Source of the DNA: Bacillota bacterium
GTDB taxonomy: Bacteria; Bacillota; SHA-98; UBA4971
DNA length: 64,000 bases
Direction of reading: 5' to 3'
NCBI GenBank assembly: GCA_033809295.1
Contig: JAPXLY010000001.1
Coordinates: forward strand, 10,340 to 74,339
How positions within the stretch are numbered: position 1 is the first letter of the stretch; every line of letters starts with the position of its first letter. The translations under genes and the position numbers were made by a program. The notes under the pieces are model-generated. The model was not told the DNA's origin, did no database searches, and saw nothing but the letters and a program-made list of their open reading frames with translations. This document shows, piece by piece, positions 1 through 10,958 of the stretch.

Positions 1-1
1 T

Positions 2-1270
2 GATGCGCCTTCGACTATCAGGACAACTCTTGGTCCCGACGAGTGGGCGGTCAGCGAGGCGACAGGGGGGAAACTTGTCGCAGAAGAGGCGGAAGGCGCT
101 ACGGTCAGTGTTATTGAGTTTGAACCTGTGCCAAGAGATGAGGGTATCCCTGAAGATGAAACCGGCCTTCTTGAAGTTGAGGAATATCAAGAAGAGCCGG
201 AGAAGAGTGTTGTTGAGCTTTCATATCCCATAGCGTACAATTTCAGCCCGCCAAAAACCTTCGGAGCGACCTTCAATTACTGGATAGACGCATCCCCCGA
301 CTCCAAGACGGAACTGGAGTGCGTAGTGGAGACACCCGGGGGGAAAGAGTATAGTCTATGGGGAAAGTCGTATTCAGGCGCTCTTAGTAATCAGCCTGCC
401 AGAGTGGACTCAAGAGACTTGACTCTCAAACAGAGGTTAGGCCTTACGATTTTTGACGACCCTGCTCCGAAAATCTTTTCATCTAAGGGAGACTACAGGC
501 TTATACTGCGAGCGAGATCCACTTCCGGAGAAGAGCCGACGCGCGTATACATCAGTAACGCGGAGTTCTATATCCCTGGCATGGTACACGGCCTGCTCGG
601 CGCAGATCATATGGGCTCAGACCTCTGGACTCAGCTCGTATATGGCACAAGAATATCGCTTTCTATCGGCCTTTCGGCTGCTGCCATTTCAGTGGCTGTA
701 GGGACTGCAGTGGGAATAATATGTGGCTATCTGGGCGGAGTCGTTGATGAGTTTATGATGAGGGTTGTTGACGTTCTTATGGCCATTCCCACTTTGCCAA
801 TTCTCATAATCCTCGGTGCAATACTTGGAAAGAGCGTATGGAACATCGTCCTTTTGATTTCCGCGTTCGCTTGGATGGGAACAGCAAGGTTGGTTCGCTC
901 ACAGACTCTGTCATTAAGGGAGCGCGTATTTGTGGAATCTGCCAAAGCATCAGGCGCGTCCGATGCTTACGTAATGCTTGTTCATATACTGCCTAACGTA
1001 CTGCCTCTTGTATTTGCCGGCATGGTGCTTCGCATCCCGGCAGCAATATTGACAGAGGCCTCCCTTAGTTTCCTGGGACTTGGTGACCCAAGGGTCGCTA
1101 CCTGGGGACGTATGTTACATAACGCGAGGGGATTTGGCGCATTCACCACACTTGCATGGTGGTGGCTTGTGCCGCCGGGGCTGGCTATTACATTCTTGAG
1201 CCTTGCCTTTGTGTTCATTGGCAACGCAGTCAATGAGATCCTCAATCCAAGGTATAGGGAGAGATCATAA
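2..1270 (+). CDS. ABC oligopeptide/dipeptide transporter permease (OppC/DppC family), 5' partial; long extracytoplasmic loop before the conserved transmembrane core
   Basis: The frame is open from the window edge. C-terminal half carries the typical OppC signature (…EASLSFLGLGDP…). The ORF track shows only the portion from the first Met at 128. Confidence 0.8.
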   Translation, partial: DAPSTIRTTLGPDEWAVSEATGGKLVAEEAEGATVSVIEFEPVPRDEGIPEDETGLLEVEEYQEEPEKSVVELSYPIAYNFSPPKTFGATFNYWIDASPDSKTELECVVETPGGKEYSLWGKSYSGALSNQPARVDSRDLTLKQRLGLTIFDDPAPKIFSSKGDYRLILRARSTSGEEPTRVYISNAEFYIPGMVHGLLGADHMGSDLWTQLVYGTRISLSIGLSAAAISVAVGTAVGIICGYLGGVVDEFMMRVVDVLMAIPTLPILIILGAILGKSVWNIVLLISAFAWMGTARLVRSQTLSLRERVFVESAKASGASDAYVMLVHILPNVLPLVFAGMVLRIPAAILTEASLSFLGLGDPRVATWGRMLHNARGFGAFTTLAWWWLVPPGLAITFLSLAFVFIGNAVNEILNPRYRERS

Positions 1271-1272
1271 CC

Positions 1273-2265
1273 ATGGCTCTACTTGAAGTGCGAGACCTCA
1301 AGATGTATTACAAGACCCTTCGCGGTCATGTGAAGGCAGTTGACTCTGTGAGCTTTGATATTGAAAGAGGGGAAGCCTTAGGCATAGCAGGCGAGTCAGG
1401 GTGCGGGAAAACAAGTATGGCTGTCGCGGTCCTCAGATTGCTTCCCAGTAACGGCAAGATCCACGGAGGATCAGTTGAGCTGGACGGTGTTGACATCGTC
1501 AAGCTGGATGACGAGGAGTTCAGGGAGTCCATCCGCTGGAAGAAGATATCCATGGTATTCCAAGGCGCAATGAATGCTCTTAACCCTGTGCATCGAGTAG
1601 GCGACCAAATCGTTGAGGCAATATTGGCTCACGAAGACGTGCCGCACCAGGATGCGGTGGCACGGGCTGAACAACTCCTTGATATGGTAGGAATTAACCC
1701 CAAAAGGTATAAAGAGTATCCCCACGAATTCAGCGGAGGCATGAAACAGAGGGTTGTTATAGCTATGGCCCTTGCCTGCAATCCTGATCTCATCATTGCT
1801 GATGAGCCCACCACTGCACTGGATGTCATGGTACAGTCTCAGGTTCTGAAAGCCATGGAAGACTTAAGGAAGAGACTGGACCTTTCCATGATGCTCATCA
1901 CCCATGATTTATCAGTAATTGCCCAGACATGTGATGATATCGCGATTATGTACGCAGGAAAGATTGTGGAATACGGTAACGTCATTGACGTTTTCGATCA
2001 TCCCACACATCCCTATGGTATGGGGCTTGTAAAATCGTTCCCTAATATCAAAGCTGAGAGAACCCGTGTGCGGTCACTGCCGGGATTTCCGCCTAACTTG
2101 TTAGCGCCCCCCAGAGGCTGTAGATTCCATCCCAGATGCCCGTTGGCCGGAGATATCTGTATGGAAGAAGAGCCTGAACTCATCGAGATCGGTTCAAACA
2201 GTCATAAGGTTGCCTGCCACAAGGTAGATATGCTTGAGAGGGGGGTCGACATATGGGAGCAGTAA
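1273..2265 (+). CDS. Oligopeptide/dipeptide ABC transporter ATP-binding protein (OppD/DppD-like)
   Basis: Walker A GESGCGKTS, signature LSGGMKQR, Walker B IIADEPTTALD. C-terminal oligopeptide-transporter extension with Cys cluster. Confidence 0.85.
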   Translation: MALLEVRDLKMYYKTLRGHVKAVDSVSFDIERGEALGIAGESGCGKTSMAVAVLRLLPSNGKIHGGSVELDGVDIVKLDDEEFRESIRWKKISMVFQGAMNALNPVHRVGDQIVEAILAHEDVPHQDAVARAEQLLDMVGINPKRYKEYPHEFSGGMKQRVVIAMALACNPDLIIADEPTTALDVMVQSQVLKAMEDLRKRLDLSMMLITHDLSVIAQTCDDIAIMYAGKIVEYGNVIDVFDHPTHPYGMGLVKSFPNIKAERTRVRSLPGFPPNLLAPPRGCRFHPRCPLAGDICMEEEPELIEIGSNSHKVACHKVDMLERGVDIWEQ

Positions 2266-3287
2266 GCGCCACTGAACAGGAGAGAAGCGTAGGGCACGGT
2301 GAATTCATTCTTGACGTAGAGAATCTTGTGAAGCACTTTCCACTGCGTCGTGGAATAGCGCAGTCCCTGCGAGGAGAGCCCGAGCGGGCTGTAAAGGCTG
2401 TTGACGGAGTCAGCTTCAATGTGAAGAAAGGCGAGCTCTTCGGCGTTGTCGGTGAGTCAGGTTGTGGCAAGACCACCATGGGCAGGACGATACTTAGGTT
2501 GCTTGAGCCTACAGGCGGAAGAGTAACATTTGAAGACATAGATGTAACATCCCTGAGCGCCGAGCAGTTAAAGCAGCTCAGGACGAGAATGCAAATCATA
2601 TTCCAGGATCCTTATGAGTCAATGAACCCGCGCCTGGATGTTCACAGGATCATAGCAGAGCCTTTGAGAATACAAGGAATGGTAAGCAATTCAAAAGACG
2701 CTATACCTTACATCGAGAAGGCGCTTGAAGACGTGGAAATGACACCCCCTGAAGAGTATCTCTACAGATATCCACATGAGCTTTCAGGTGGACAGAGACA
2801 GAGGATTGCCGTGGCAAGAGCCCTTGTGTTGGATCCGGAATTCATAGTGGCTGATGAACCTGTGTCAATGCTTGACGTATCCATTCGCGGTGAGATTCTT
2901 AACTTAATGTTGAACTTGTCCCGCGAAAGGGGAGTTACGTTCCTCTATATCACTCATGACTTGGCTACTGCTCGTCATATTTGTGATCGGATAGCAGTGA
3001 TGTATCTGGGGAAGATGGTTGAGAAGGGTCCCACCGATAATCTGGTTAAGCACCCTCTACATCCATATACCAGGGCTCTGATAGGCGCTGTGTTTGTTCC
3101 GGATCCCAAGCGAAAGGGCTTCGGAAAAGTCCTGAAGGGCGAAGTCCCCAGCCCGGTTGACCCTCCGAGCGGGTGCAGACTTCACCCCAGATGTCCTGTT
3201 GCGCAGGATATCTGTAAGGAAGTAGAACCTGAACTGGTTGCGGTTGATGATAATCACATGGTAGCATGTCATTTCGCTCTCGGGTGA
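2253..3287 (+). CDS. Oligopeptide/dipeptide ABC transporter ATP-binding protein (OppF/DppF-like)
   Basis: Walker A GESGCGKTT, LSGGQRQR, Walker B ADEPVSMLD. Overlaps the upstream gene by 13 nt, which suggests an operon. Confidence 0.85.
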   Translation: MGAVSATEQERSVGHGEFILDVENLVKHFPLRRGIAQSLRGEPERAVKAVDGVSFNVKKGELFGVVGESGCGKTTMGRTILRLLEPTGGRVTFEDIDVTSLSAEQLKQLRTRMQIIFQDPYESMNPRLDVHRIIAEPLRIQGMVSNSKDAIPYIEKALEDVEMTPPEEYLYRYPHELSGGQRQRIAVARALVLDPEFIVADEPVSMLDVSIRGEILNLMLNLSRERGVTFLYITHDLATARHICDRIAVMYLGKMVEKGPTDNLVKHPLHPYTRALIGAVFVPDPKRKGFGKVLKGEVPSPVDPPSGCRLHPRCPVAQDICKEVEPELVAVDDNHMVACHFALG

Positions 3288-3398
3288 TGCTGAGGTTGAG
3301 AGTCTTCGCAGGGTTATTGAATTGACTCCGGCCTGGAAGTGAGCACGTTCACTGTGTTCTCTTATGAGACGGTGAAAAGGCCGTAAACAGGAGGCTCT

Positions 3399-3905
3399 AT
3401 GAAAGGGAATAACAAGCGCTTGCGTAGGAATAGCATGATTCTTGTGGTCATGTGTTTCTTGGCTGCCTGCTCAATAGGGTTGACACTGGCGACTGTCAAG
3501 AACTACCTTGGGGCGGCGACAGCGGCTGCCAAGTTTCAAAGTACCATATCAGCCGTAACATGTAGGCAGGAAGACTCCGGGTATACTATTGATATATACC
3601 TAGACTTCGACAACCAAAGTGAATGGGATTTGTCTATTACGGCTGTGCGGCCTACGGTATATGTTGACGGGCAATATATTTGGGGGCGCAACTACGATTG
3701 GCTGGGCAATCCTTTCGAGCTGCCCAAGAAAAGCGAAAGAGGCATAGTTCTTGAGATAGAAGTGCCTGATACCAAGACAGAGGTTGTGGCCGCCGGCAAA
3801 GATGCATGGGCTATAAGAGTATCAGGCCTTCTTGACATGCCGCGTTTGGGGACCAAGCTCTTTATCACGAATGCCCAAATACCGGTGGAAAGAGGCAATG
3901 AATAA
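3399..3905 (+). CDS. Hypothetical lipoprotein
   Basis: N-terminal signal with lipobox L-A-A-C (MILVVMCFLAACS). No recognisable catalytic motif. Start may be the internal Met at 3435. Confidence 0.5.
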   Translation: MKGNNKRLRRNSMILVVMCFLAACSIGLTLATVKNYLGAATAAAKFQSTISAVTCRQEDSGYTIDIYLDFDNQSEWDLSITAVRPTVYVDGQYIWGRNYDWLGNPFELPKKSERGIVLEIEVPDTKTEVVAAGKDAWAIRVSGLLDMPRLGTKLFITNAQIPVERGNE

Positions 3906-4303
3906 TGGACCGGACAAGAACAGTCGCAGGCGTTGCTCTGATGGGAATATTCATGTGCGGGCTTTTCACTTGCCAGGCCCTTCCGCTCCTTGCGCCTTTT
4001 GAGGCCGCCCGGGAATACGGTACTGCGCTTCTATTCCTTGGAGCATTGGTTACGGGATTTCTCTTCGGCATGTTGAGCCCTTCAATAGCCAATGGGATAT
4101 TCGCCGGGTTTGCCAGCATTGTATTAGGCCTTGTTTTGGCCGGGTTTATACTGGCTTTGCCGGCATTACTGGGGATAGCCGGCCAGCTAGGAATGATCTC
4201 AGAGGTCGCTATTGAGCGAGCCTTAATCCTTGGGATCATGCTTACCCCGATTTCGGCTGTAGGCACGTTTATAGGAGTTTTGGCGCAGAATCATAGCATT
4301 TAG
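3905..4303 (+). CDS. Hypothetical small integral membrane protein (about 4 TM)
   Basis: Hydrophobic segments rich in G/A/L. Start overlaps the upstream stop (ATAATGG). Confidence 0.45.
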   Translation: MDRTRTVAGVALMGIFMCGLFTCQALPLLAPFEAAREYGTALLFLGALVTGFLFGMLSPSIANGIFAGFASIVLGLVLAGFILALPALLGIAGQLGMISEVAIERALILGIMLTPISAVGTFIGVLAQNHSI

Positions 4304-5208
4304 ACTGTCTCTTGGTAGTCATATACTATTTTCGATATATGGGCAATTCTGGCAAAACCGTCATCAATATCGGATATGCCCTTAGATAGGACAACCAGGA
4401 TGTAAGGCTTATCTCGGAAGACTATGCCTACATCGTTGGCGATTCCTGAAACGTCGCCTTCCTTATGGGCCACAAGTACCTTATCCGGCAGATTTCCGGG
4501 AATCCCCACGTGATATATGGGATGCGACATGTCGTCTAAGAGTCGCAATCCCAAATCAGGATGGGCTTTGGAAAAGTCTATAACTGCCTCGACGTATGCG
4601 CCCATATCCCTGGCGCATGTAATGTTTCTGCCCTCAGGGAATACGATTTTGCCGCCGAGGTCTTCCATGAAATCGACGATGTTTTCCCTACCGAGATGAC
4701 GTGTGAGCATCCTATAGGCGATGTTGTCGCTTATTGTTATTGCCAGGTTAGCCAACACGCGCAAGGAAAACATATCCCCGTCCCTTGCTGTAAACTGCAG
4801 TATCCCGGCGCCATCCTGCCAATCGGTACTGCTGTTGTATGCGACCCTGTCATTCCAATCCAATCTGCCTTCGGCTACGAGAGTATTAAGATATAGCACG
4901 ACAGGGAGTTTAACGGTGCTGGCAGCAGTAATAGGTTCATCTTCGTTTATGCCGAAAGACTCGCCTGACTCAATATCTTTAAAGAATATGCCGTAAGTCG
5001 CGTCGTTCCACTCTTCGAGCGCACTTTCAAGCTCGCCTTTGAGCGCTGCATAATTCGAAGGTGCTTCTCGTGATGCGGCGCTTGCTGTGGCATTGGAAGA
5101 ACGCAGCCACTGTGTGCTGCCTCTCAAATCCCTACACATAACTTGCGCTGAGGCCAGCGCCAGAATTACCAGGCCTATGAGCACGAATCTCCGCTTCATG
5201 CGTGTCAC
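4300..5208 (-). CDS. Class A beta-lactamase-like serine hydrolase, secreted
   Basis: Signal peptide. S-x-x-K motif (STVK), SDN motif (ISDNIAY), and KEG in place of the KTG triad. Confidence 0.6.
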   Translation of the reverse strand: MTRMKRRFVLIGLVILALASAQVMCRDLRGSTQWLRSSNATASAASREAPSNYAALKGELESALEEWNDATYGIFFKDIESGESFGINEDEPITAASTVKLPVVLYLNTLVAEGRLDWNDRVAYNSSTDWQDGAGILQFTARDGDMFSLRVLANLAITISDNIAYRMLTRHLGRENIVDFMEDLGGKIVFPEGRNITCARDMGAYVEAVIDFSKAHPDLGLRLLDDMSHPIYHVGIPGNLPDKVLVAHKEGDVSGIANDVGIVFRDKPYILVVLSKGISDIDDGFARIAHISKIVYDYQETV

Positions 5209-5437
5209 AAGTATTCCTCCCCTCTCTCCCTCTCAAAACGTGACATGTCATTATATATTCCGAGCGCCTGGATTTCCAGGGCAAATACCGGATGCCTATC
5301 CAAGGCAACCCAGGGCAGGCCAATGGAATTAGCCGGACAGTCACGAGAATACATGGCTATCTATGTCCTATCGTTGAGCATAATACCTATAGAACGGCAA
5401 TGTGAAATGACATGACTTTGATTGGGGGCGCATACCG

Positions 5438-6388
5438 GTGAATGGTAATCGCAGGAAGGTGTTAATGTGGATTGGCGTAGGACTTCTTGCAGTAATTGTC
5501 GTGGCTATGGGAATCTCAAGATCAAGACGGGCAGCCCTCGGGAAGGAACCTACTATCAGGGTGTACATTGATGCGGAGAAGCGGGTTCTGGACCTGCCGA
5601 TGGAGGAGTATGTCGCCGCAGTGGTAGGAGGAGAGATGAAGAACTACTGGCCTCACGAAGCCCTTGCCGCCCAGGCCATCGTGGCAAGGACATTTGCCTT
5701 AAAGGCGCTGGAGGAAAAGCCGGGGTCAGGCCCTATGGGCTCTGATATACAGGCCGGGTTCAAGGAGGCCCAAGAATACAAACCGGAAAACGTCAACGAG
5801 GCAATAAGGAAAGCGGTCAAAGAGACCCGGGGGAAAGTCCTGACAGAAGGGGGAAAGCTTGTTAATGCATGGTTTCATTCGAACGCAGGTGGGAAGACAG
5901 CCTTAGCCAAGGAAGGCCTGAATTTCACCGGTCCGGAGCCTGCGTATACCGTTGTCCGGGACAGTCCCGATGATACGGAAGACGTGCCTCTTTCAGATCG
6001 CAGGTGGAAGGCAGAGTTTTCTACCGCGGAAATCGAGGCTGCCCTCGCCAAAGTTGGGCTGCAAGTGAAAGGCATCGGGAATGTGACCATAGTCAAGCGG
6101 GGACCCTCAGGGCGTGCGGAGGCGATAGCCATTCACCATTCAGGCGGCGTGACTACAATAGGCGGAAACGATCTCCGGGTCGCTCTGGATCCTATGCGCA
6201 TGAGATCGAATTTCCTGACAAAGCTCGAGGTCAAAGACGGCAAGGTTGCCATGGAAGGAAAGGGATTCGGACATGGGGTCGGGTTATCTCAATGGGGTGC
6301 TCATAATATGGCGAAAATGGGAAAACGGCATGAGCAAATCTGTCAGTACTACTTCAAAAACGTCAAGGTGGAAAAGCGCTGGGCGTGA
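5438..6388 (+). CDS. spoIID: Stage II sporulation protein D (SpoIID/LytB amidase-enhancer family)
   Basis: N-terminal TM. Conserved EALAAQAIVARTFAL and HSNAGGKT segments, as in B. subtilis SpoIID. Confidence 0.8.
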   Translation: MNGNRRKVLMWIGVGLLAVIVVAMGISRSRRAALGKEPTIRVYIDAEKRVLDLPMEEYVAAVVGGEMKNYWPHEALAAQAIVARTFALKALEEKPGSGPMGSDIQAGFKEAQEYKPENVNEAIRKAVKETRGKVLTEGGKLVNAWFHSNAGGKTALAKEGLNFTGPEPAYTVVRDSPDDTEDVPLSDRRWKAEFSTAEIEAALAKVGLQVKGIGNVTIVKRGPSGRAEAIAIHHSGGVTTIGGNDLRVALDPMRMRSNFLTKLEVKDGKVAMEGKGFGHGVGLSQWGAHNMAKMGKRHEQICQYYFKNVKVEKRWA

Positions 6389-6493
6389 AAACCACATAAG
6401 CAACTGAAATATGAAGGATTTTGCGCGTTTCTAGAGAAAACTAACCTGATGTTGTATGATCGAGACGAGTGTGGGAAGGAGGAATCGTATGCC

Positions 6494-7474
6494 GTGATCG
6501 AGGTACGCAATCTTACTAAGAGATATGGCAAGGCCAGGGGAATCGAGGAACTCACCTTTACCGTTGATAAAGGCGAGATCCTCGGGTTTTTGGGGCCAAA
6601 CGGCGCAGGGAAAACCACCACCATGCGTATTATCACCGGATACCTTGCCGCCACCTCAGGCACGGTCAAGGTTGACGGTTTTGATGTGTTTGAGGATGCG
6701 ATGGAAACCAGACGGAGAATCGGGTACCTTCCTGAAAACCCTCCGCTTTACCGGGAGATGACAGTCAGCGGCTACCTGCGGTTTGTGAGTGAACTGAAAG
6801 GCATTCCGAAATCGAAGAGGAAGTCTGCAATCAGTTCTGCGGTGGAGGCTGCAGGCATAGACGCTGTCTATAACCGCGTCATTGCTAATCTCTCCCGAGG
6901 TTACAGGCAAAGGGTTGGGTTAGCCCAGGCCCTTCTGGGGAATCCCGAGGTTTTGATACTTGATGAACCTACCGTAGGCCTTGATCCGAGACAGATTATA
7001 GAAATTCGTAAGCTTATTCACAGTTTGGGAGAGAAACACACAATCATTCTCAGCTCTCACATTCTGCCTGAGGTCAGCATGACCTGTAATCGCGTGGTAA
7101 TCATTAGTAACGGCCGGTTGGTAGCTTCAGATACTCCTTCAGGGCTTTCCGGAAGGCTTGAAGGGCGAGGACGCATTGCAGTGCGTGTCCGGGGGCCCGA
7201 AGATGAAGCCTCAAGACTCATCCGGGGGATTACCGGTGTTGCTTCCGTTTCTGTTGAAACACAGGATTTCGCAGCCAAGAATCGGGAAGTTCTTTTTGTC
7301 GTCGAAACAGACTGCTCATCTGACGTGCGGGAAGCCATATTTTTCGCTATGGCAGACCGCGGCTGGCCAATTGTTGAGATGAAGACAATAGACATGAGCT
7401 TGGAGGATGTATTCCTGAAGCTCACTACAGAAGAAATACTGGAAGACGAAGCGGAGGTGGCGCCCGGTGCGTAA
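6494..7474 (+). CDS. ABC-2 type transporter ATP-binding protein (GldA-like)
   Basis: Walker A GPNGAGKTT, LSRGYRQR, Walker B LILDEPTVGLD. GTG start 9 nt after a GGAGG site. The ORF track start at 6449 is probably too far upstream. Confidence 0.8.
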   Translation: MIEVRNLTKRYGKARGIEELTFTVDKGEILGFLGPNGAGKTTTMRIITGYLAATSGTVKVDGFDVFEDAMETRRRIGYLPENPPLYREMTVSGYLRFVSELKGIPKSKRKSAISSAVEAAGIDAVYNRVIANLSRGYRQRVGLAQALLGNPEVLILDEPTVGLDPRQIIEIRKLIHSLGEKHTIILSSHILPEVSMTCNRVVIISNGRLVASDTPSGLSGRLEGRGRIAVRVRGPEDEASRLIRGITGVASVSVETQDFAAKNREVLFVVETDCSSDVREAIFFAMADRGWPIVEMKTIDMSLEDVFLKLTTEEILEDEAEVAPGA

Positions 7475-8177
7475 TGTGTGGCCCATTTTCAAGAGGGAGG
7501 TCGCCGCCTATTTTCTATCTCCCATGGCATATGTAATGGGGGCAGTGTTTCTTATGCTCTCAGGTTATTTCTTTTCTGTTATTCTGTTAGCGACTCATAG
7601 TGCGAGTCTGCAGGGAGTATTAGGAAATATGGCGGTGATTTTCCTCTTTATCGCTCCCGTCCTCACCATGCGATTGCTGGCAGAAGAGCGAAAGCTCGGC
7701 ACAGATGAGCTTATCATGACGTCACCTGTGAGCATAACTTCGATAGTAGTAGGGAAGTATCTTGCCGCTGTTTTCACATATCTGGCCTATCTTGCCGTAA
7801 CCATGATCTACCCTGTTATTCTTATTAAGTACGGAAACCCGGATATGGGTCCGATATACTCCGGTTATCTGGGAATGTTTCTTTTTGGGGCCGGGTGCTT
7901 GGCTGTAGGGACATTTTCATCATCGCTTACTGACAATCAGATGGTAGCCGGTGTCGTCGGGTTTGGACTGCTCCTCCTTTTCTGGATTCTTGGATGGGCA
8001 GGAGCGGTCGTTACAGGGCCTGTAGGAGATGCGCTGTCCAATTTCTCGCTTCTCAAGCGCTTTGACGATTTTCAGAAGGGGATTATAGACTTCTCCGGTG
8101 TGTTGTATTACGCAAGCTTCATCTTTATCTTTATCTTCCTTGCCGTTAGGGTCGTAGACTCAAGGAGGTGGAGTTGA
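7467..8177 (+). CDS. ABC-2 family transporter permease (GldF-like)
   Basis: Six hydrophobic helices. 8-nt overlap with the upstream ATPase gene. Confidence 0.7.
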   Translation: MRNVWPIFKREVAAYFLSPMAYVMGAVFLMLSGYFFSVILLATHSASLQGVLGNMAVIFLFIAPVLTMRLLAEERKLGTDELIMTSPVSITSIVVGKYLAAVFTYLAYLAVTMIYPVILIKYGNPDMGPIYSGYLGMFLFGAGCLAVGTFSSSLTDNQMVAGVVGFGLLLLFWILGWAGAVVTGPVGDALSNFSLLKRFDDFQKGIIDFSGVLYYASFIFIFIFLAVRVVDSRRWS

Positions 8178-9598
8178 TGAAGCCTCAAACGTCCAAAACA
8201 GGTAAGCTGCGTGCGATCTTGACCGGCCGAAAAATGCGCTATGGATCAAATGCAGTAGTTCTGACCATCGCCGTAGTGGCAATTGTGCTAATGGTAAACG
8301 TGCTCGCAGGGCGCCATTCGCGGAAGCTCGACCTAACCAAAGACCGTTTTTACACGCTGTCAGAAGCCACTTGCGAATTCCTCCGCAAATTGGACCAACG
8401 AGTGAAGATTACTGCATTTTTTCCCGAGGACGACGCTATGGGGGAAGTAGTCCGAGACCTACTTCGGGAATATACCCGGATTTCCCCGAAGATTCAAGTT
8501 GAGTTTGTCGACCCTGATAAGATGCCGTCCGTTGCAAAGCAGTATGATATTACTGCATACGGGACTTCGGTTGTGGAAGTAGGGTTGAAGTCCCGCAAAG
8601 TCATGGAGTATGAACTCCTTGATTACGAAACTACCGGTGATATGGCAAACTTCTCAGGGGAGCAGGCATTCACCAGGGCCCTGGTGAGCCTATTTACTGA
8701 GGATATGAGGCAAGTCTATTTTACCACCGGCCACGATGAGCGAAACCTCACCGGGAATTACCTTCAGACTAAGACATTTCTGGAAGGCGAAGGATATGTT
8801 GCCGCAACTGTGAACCTTGCGACGGAAGGACGAGTCCCGGATGATACGGATGTTCTTGTGATTGCAGGACCTGTGAGAGACTTCACACAGGAAGAAGCTG
8901 ATGCAGTCGAGACTTATTTAGAAGAGGGAGGCAAGGTAGTTGTTGCCCTGGACCCCTCAGGACAAGAAGGCGATCTTACGAATCTCAAAGAAGTCCTGGG
9001 AGCCTGGGGTATAGGTGTCAACGACGACTTGGTGATAGACCCGGGCAGTCATTATTTCCTGGATATGGCCGGCCTGATACCTAAGATAAATCTTCACCCC
9101 ATAACTGAGAAACTTATTACGAAAGGCCTCGCAACATTTCTGCCAAGGAGCAGGAGTCTGTATTATGTGGGAGAAGGGAAGACTCACGGTATTACTGTAG
9201 AGCCTATTCTTGAAACCACTGACAAGGCATGGGGTGAGACGGATTTTACCGATAAGGCTGTATTCGATCCCAAGACTGATATAGAAGGCCCTTTGCCTCT
9301 GGCGTATGCCGCTCATATGCAAGACCCTACTGCAGTCCTCCTTGTATTGGGCAATGCCGGTTTTCTCGATAATGATATAGTGACTTTCCAGGGGAACATA
9401 GACTTCTTCATGAATGCCATAGGCTGGATGACAGGCAAAGAAGACTCCATATCCATAAGGCCTAAGGCGCCTGGTTTTGAACAAGTGTATCTTTCAGACC
9501 TCCAGGCGAAGTCTGTATTCTACGGGACAGTCATGGTGATACCTATGTGCTTTGCGCTTCTTGGCGTCGTTGTATGGGCAAGGAGGCGTAACCTGTGA
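8177..9598 (+). CDS. ABC-type uncharacterized transport system auxiliary protein (GldG-like)
   Basis: N- and C-terminal TM helices flank a large extracytoplasmic domain. Sits third in the GldA/GldF/GldG-type cluster. Confidence 0.65.
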   Translation: MKPQTSKTGKLRAILTGRKMRYGSNAVVLTIAVVAIVLMVNVLAGRHSRKLDLTKDRFYTLSEATCEFLRKLDQRVKITAFFPEDDAMGEVVRDLLREYTRISPKIQVEFVDPDKMPSVAKQYDITAYGTSVVEVGLKSRKVMEYELLDYETTGDMANFSGEQAFTRALVSLFTEDMRQVYFTTGHDERNLTGNYLQTKTFLEGEGYVAATVNLATEGRVPDDTDVLVIAGPVRDFTQEEADAVETYLEEGGKVVVALDPSGQEGDLTNLKEVLGAWGIGVNDDLVIDPGSHYFLDMAGLIPKINLHPITEKLITKGLATFLPRSRSLYYVGEGKTHGITVEPILETTDKAWGETDFTDKAVFDPKTDIEGPLPLAYAAHMQDPTAVLLVLGNAGFLDNDIVTFQGNIDFFMNAIGWMTGKEDSISIRPKAPGFEQVYLSDLQAKSVFYGTVMVIPMCFALLGVVVWARRRNL

Positions 9599-10893
9599 AG
9601 AAATTCCGAACAACTTTCGTCGCGATTGCAATTATGCTGACACTTGCTGCCTACATGGTATTCACAGGACGCCAAAAGCCGGCCACAGGTATGGATGACC
9701 CCATGATTTTCGGTGTGAATTCCGACGCTATACGGAGGATTTACATTGCCCATGGTGACAGCGAAGTGAATATTGAGAAGGGCAATGACAGAACCTGGGT
9801 TGTCGATGTGCCGGAAACCTATGAAATAAGTCAGGAAGCAGTGAATGCCCTTGTCACGGCAATCTCCGGAGCGAAATTCGAAAAGGAAATTGAAGCTGAC
9901 CCCGGTGATCTTGAAGCATTCGGACTCTCCTCCCCGGATACCCGCATAGTAGTGGAGGGTGACAGGGGAGGCAAGAAGACCTTGCTAATAGGTTCTTTAA
10001 CACCTGTCGGGTCAGGATACTATGTGAAATCGGGAGATGATACAAAAGTATGGGTCATCCCTAATACTGTGGCTGACGATCTCATAAAGACCGCTGATGA
10101 TCTCAGGGAGAAGAAGATAATCAAGGCCTTGTCCGAGTCTGTTGACGGCATCCGGATTGTCAGGCGTATGGAAGATGATATGACAGACGTTATCTGCCAG
10201 AAGCAGGGTGAAGACTGGTATCTCGCACGTCCCATTATTGACAAAGCTGACGAGGAAGTAATTGACGGACTCCTTGCGGACATAACCGGGCTTACCGTAG
10301 AGAGCTTCGTTGATGATGAAGGTTCCGGCCTGTCCCGTTGGGGGCTTGATCGGCCCAGATCGAGAATAGACCTGACAGTGGCAGGGAGAGGGACAGCTCT
10401 CCAGGTATTCGTAGGTGACCCGGGCCCGAATGAAGAAGGTTTCTATATCAAGACCGGAGACTCACCTGCCGTCTATTTGGTTAAACCCTCGGATTTTTCG
10501 CCCCTTGAGCTTACACCGCCTGACCTGGTTAAGAGGCAACTGGCCCAATGGGATCACGACAAAGTCGAGACAGCCACTTGGACGCTTGGCGAGAAACTTA
10601 TCCCGCCTGTATCTTCCGGTTTAGACACGCTCCTTGCTGCGCTGCAAGATATCCGAATTACCGGGGTCGGCGAGAGTCTGGAGTATGATGTTGACCTTGA
10701 TTCCCTCGGGTTTCGTAATCCTCGTATTTATGTGAAGCTTGATTTCGGGGACGGGAACATATTCGAGGTCAAAGTTGGGAAGGAGATTGAAGAGGGATTC
10801 TACGCAATTGCAACAGGCAGAAACTTCGTGTATCTTGTGGCCAAAGACGGTATAAAAGCCTTGGATGAGACTCTAAGAGAGCTATCTCCTTAG
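9595..10893 (+). CDS. DUF4340-like protein following the GldG-like gene
   Basis: N-terminal TM. Position and size match the DUF4340 proteins that usually follow GldG-like genes. 4-nt overlap with the upstream gene. Confidence 0.5.
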   Translation: MKKFRTTFVAIAIMLTLAAYMVFTGRQKPATGMDDPMIFGVNSDAIRRIYIAHGDSEVNIEKGNDRTWVVDVPETYEISQEAVNALVTAISGAKFEKEIEADPGDLEAFGLSSPDTRIVVEGDRGGKKTLLIGSLTPVGSGYYVKSGDDTKVWVIPNTVADDLIKTADDLREKKIIKALSESVDGIRIVRRMEDDMTDVICQKQGEDWYLARPIIDKADEEVIDGLLADITGLTVESFVDDEGSGLSRWGLDRPRSRIDLTVAGRGTALQVFVGDPGPNEEGFYIKTGDSPAVYLVKPSDFSPLELTPPDLVKRQLAQWDHDKVETATWTLGEKLIPPVSSGLDTLLAALQDIRITGVGESLEYDVDLDSLGFRNPRIYVKLDFGDGNIFEVKVGKEIEEGFYAIATGRNFVYLVAKDGIKALDETLRELSP

Positions 10894-10958
10894 TCTTTGG
10901 CGACCTTGAAGTAGCCTGCTCATTAAAGAAGTGGAAATCACCCCACTACAAACAGGAG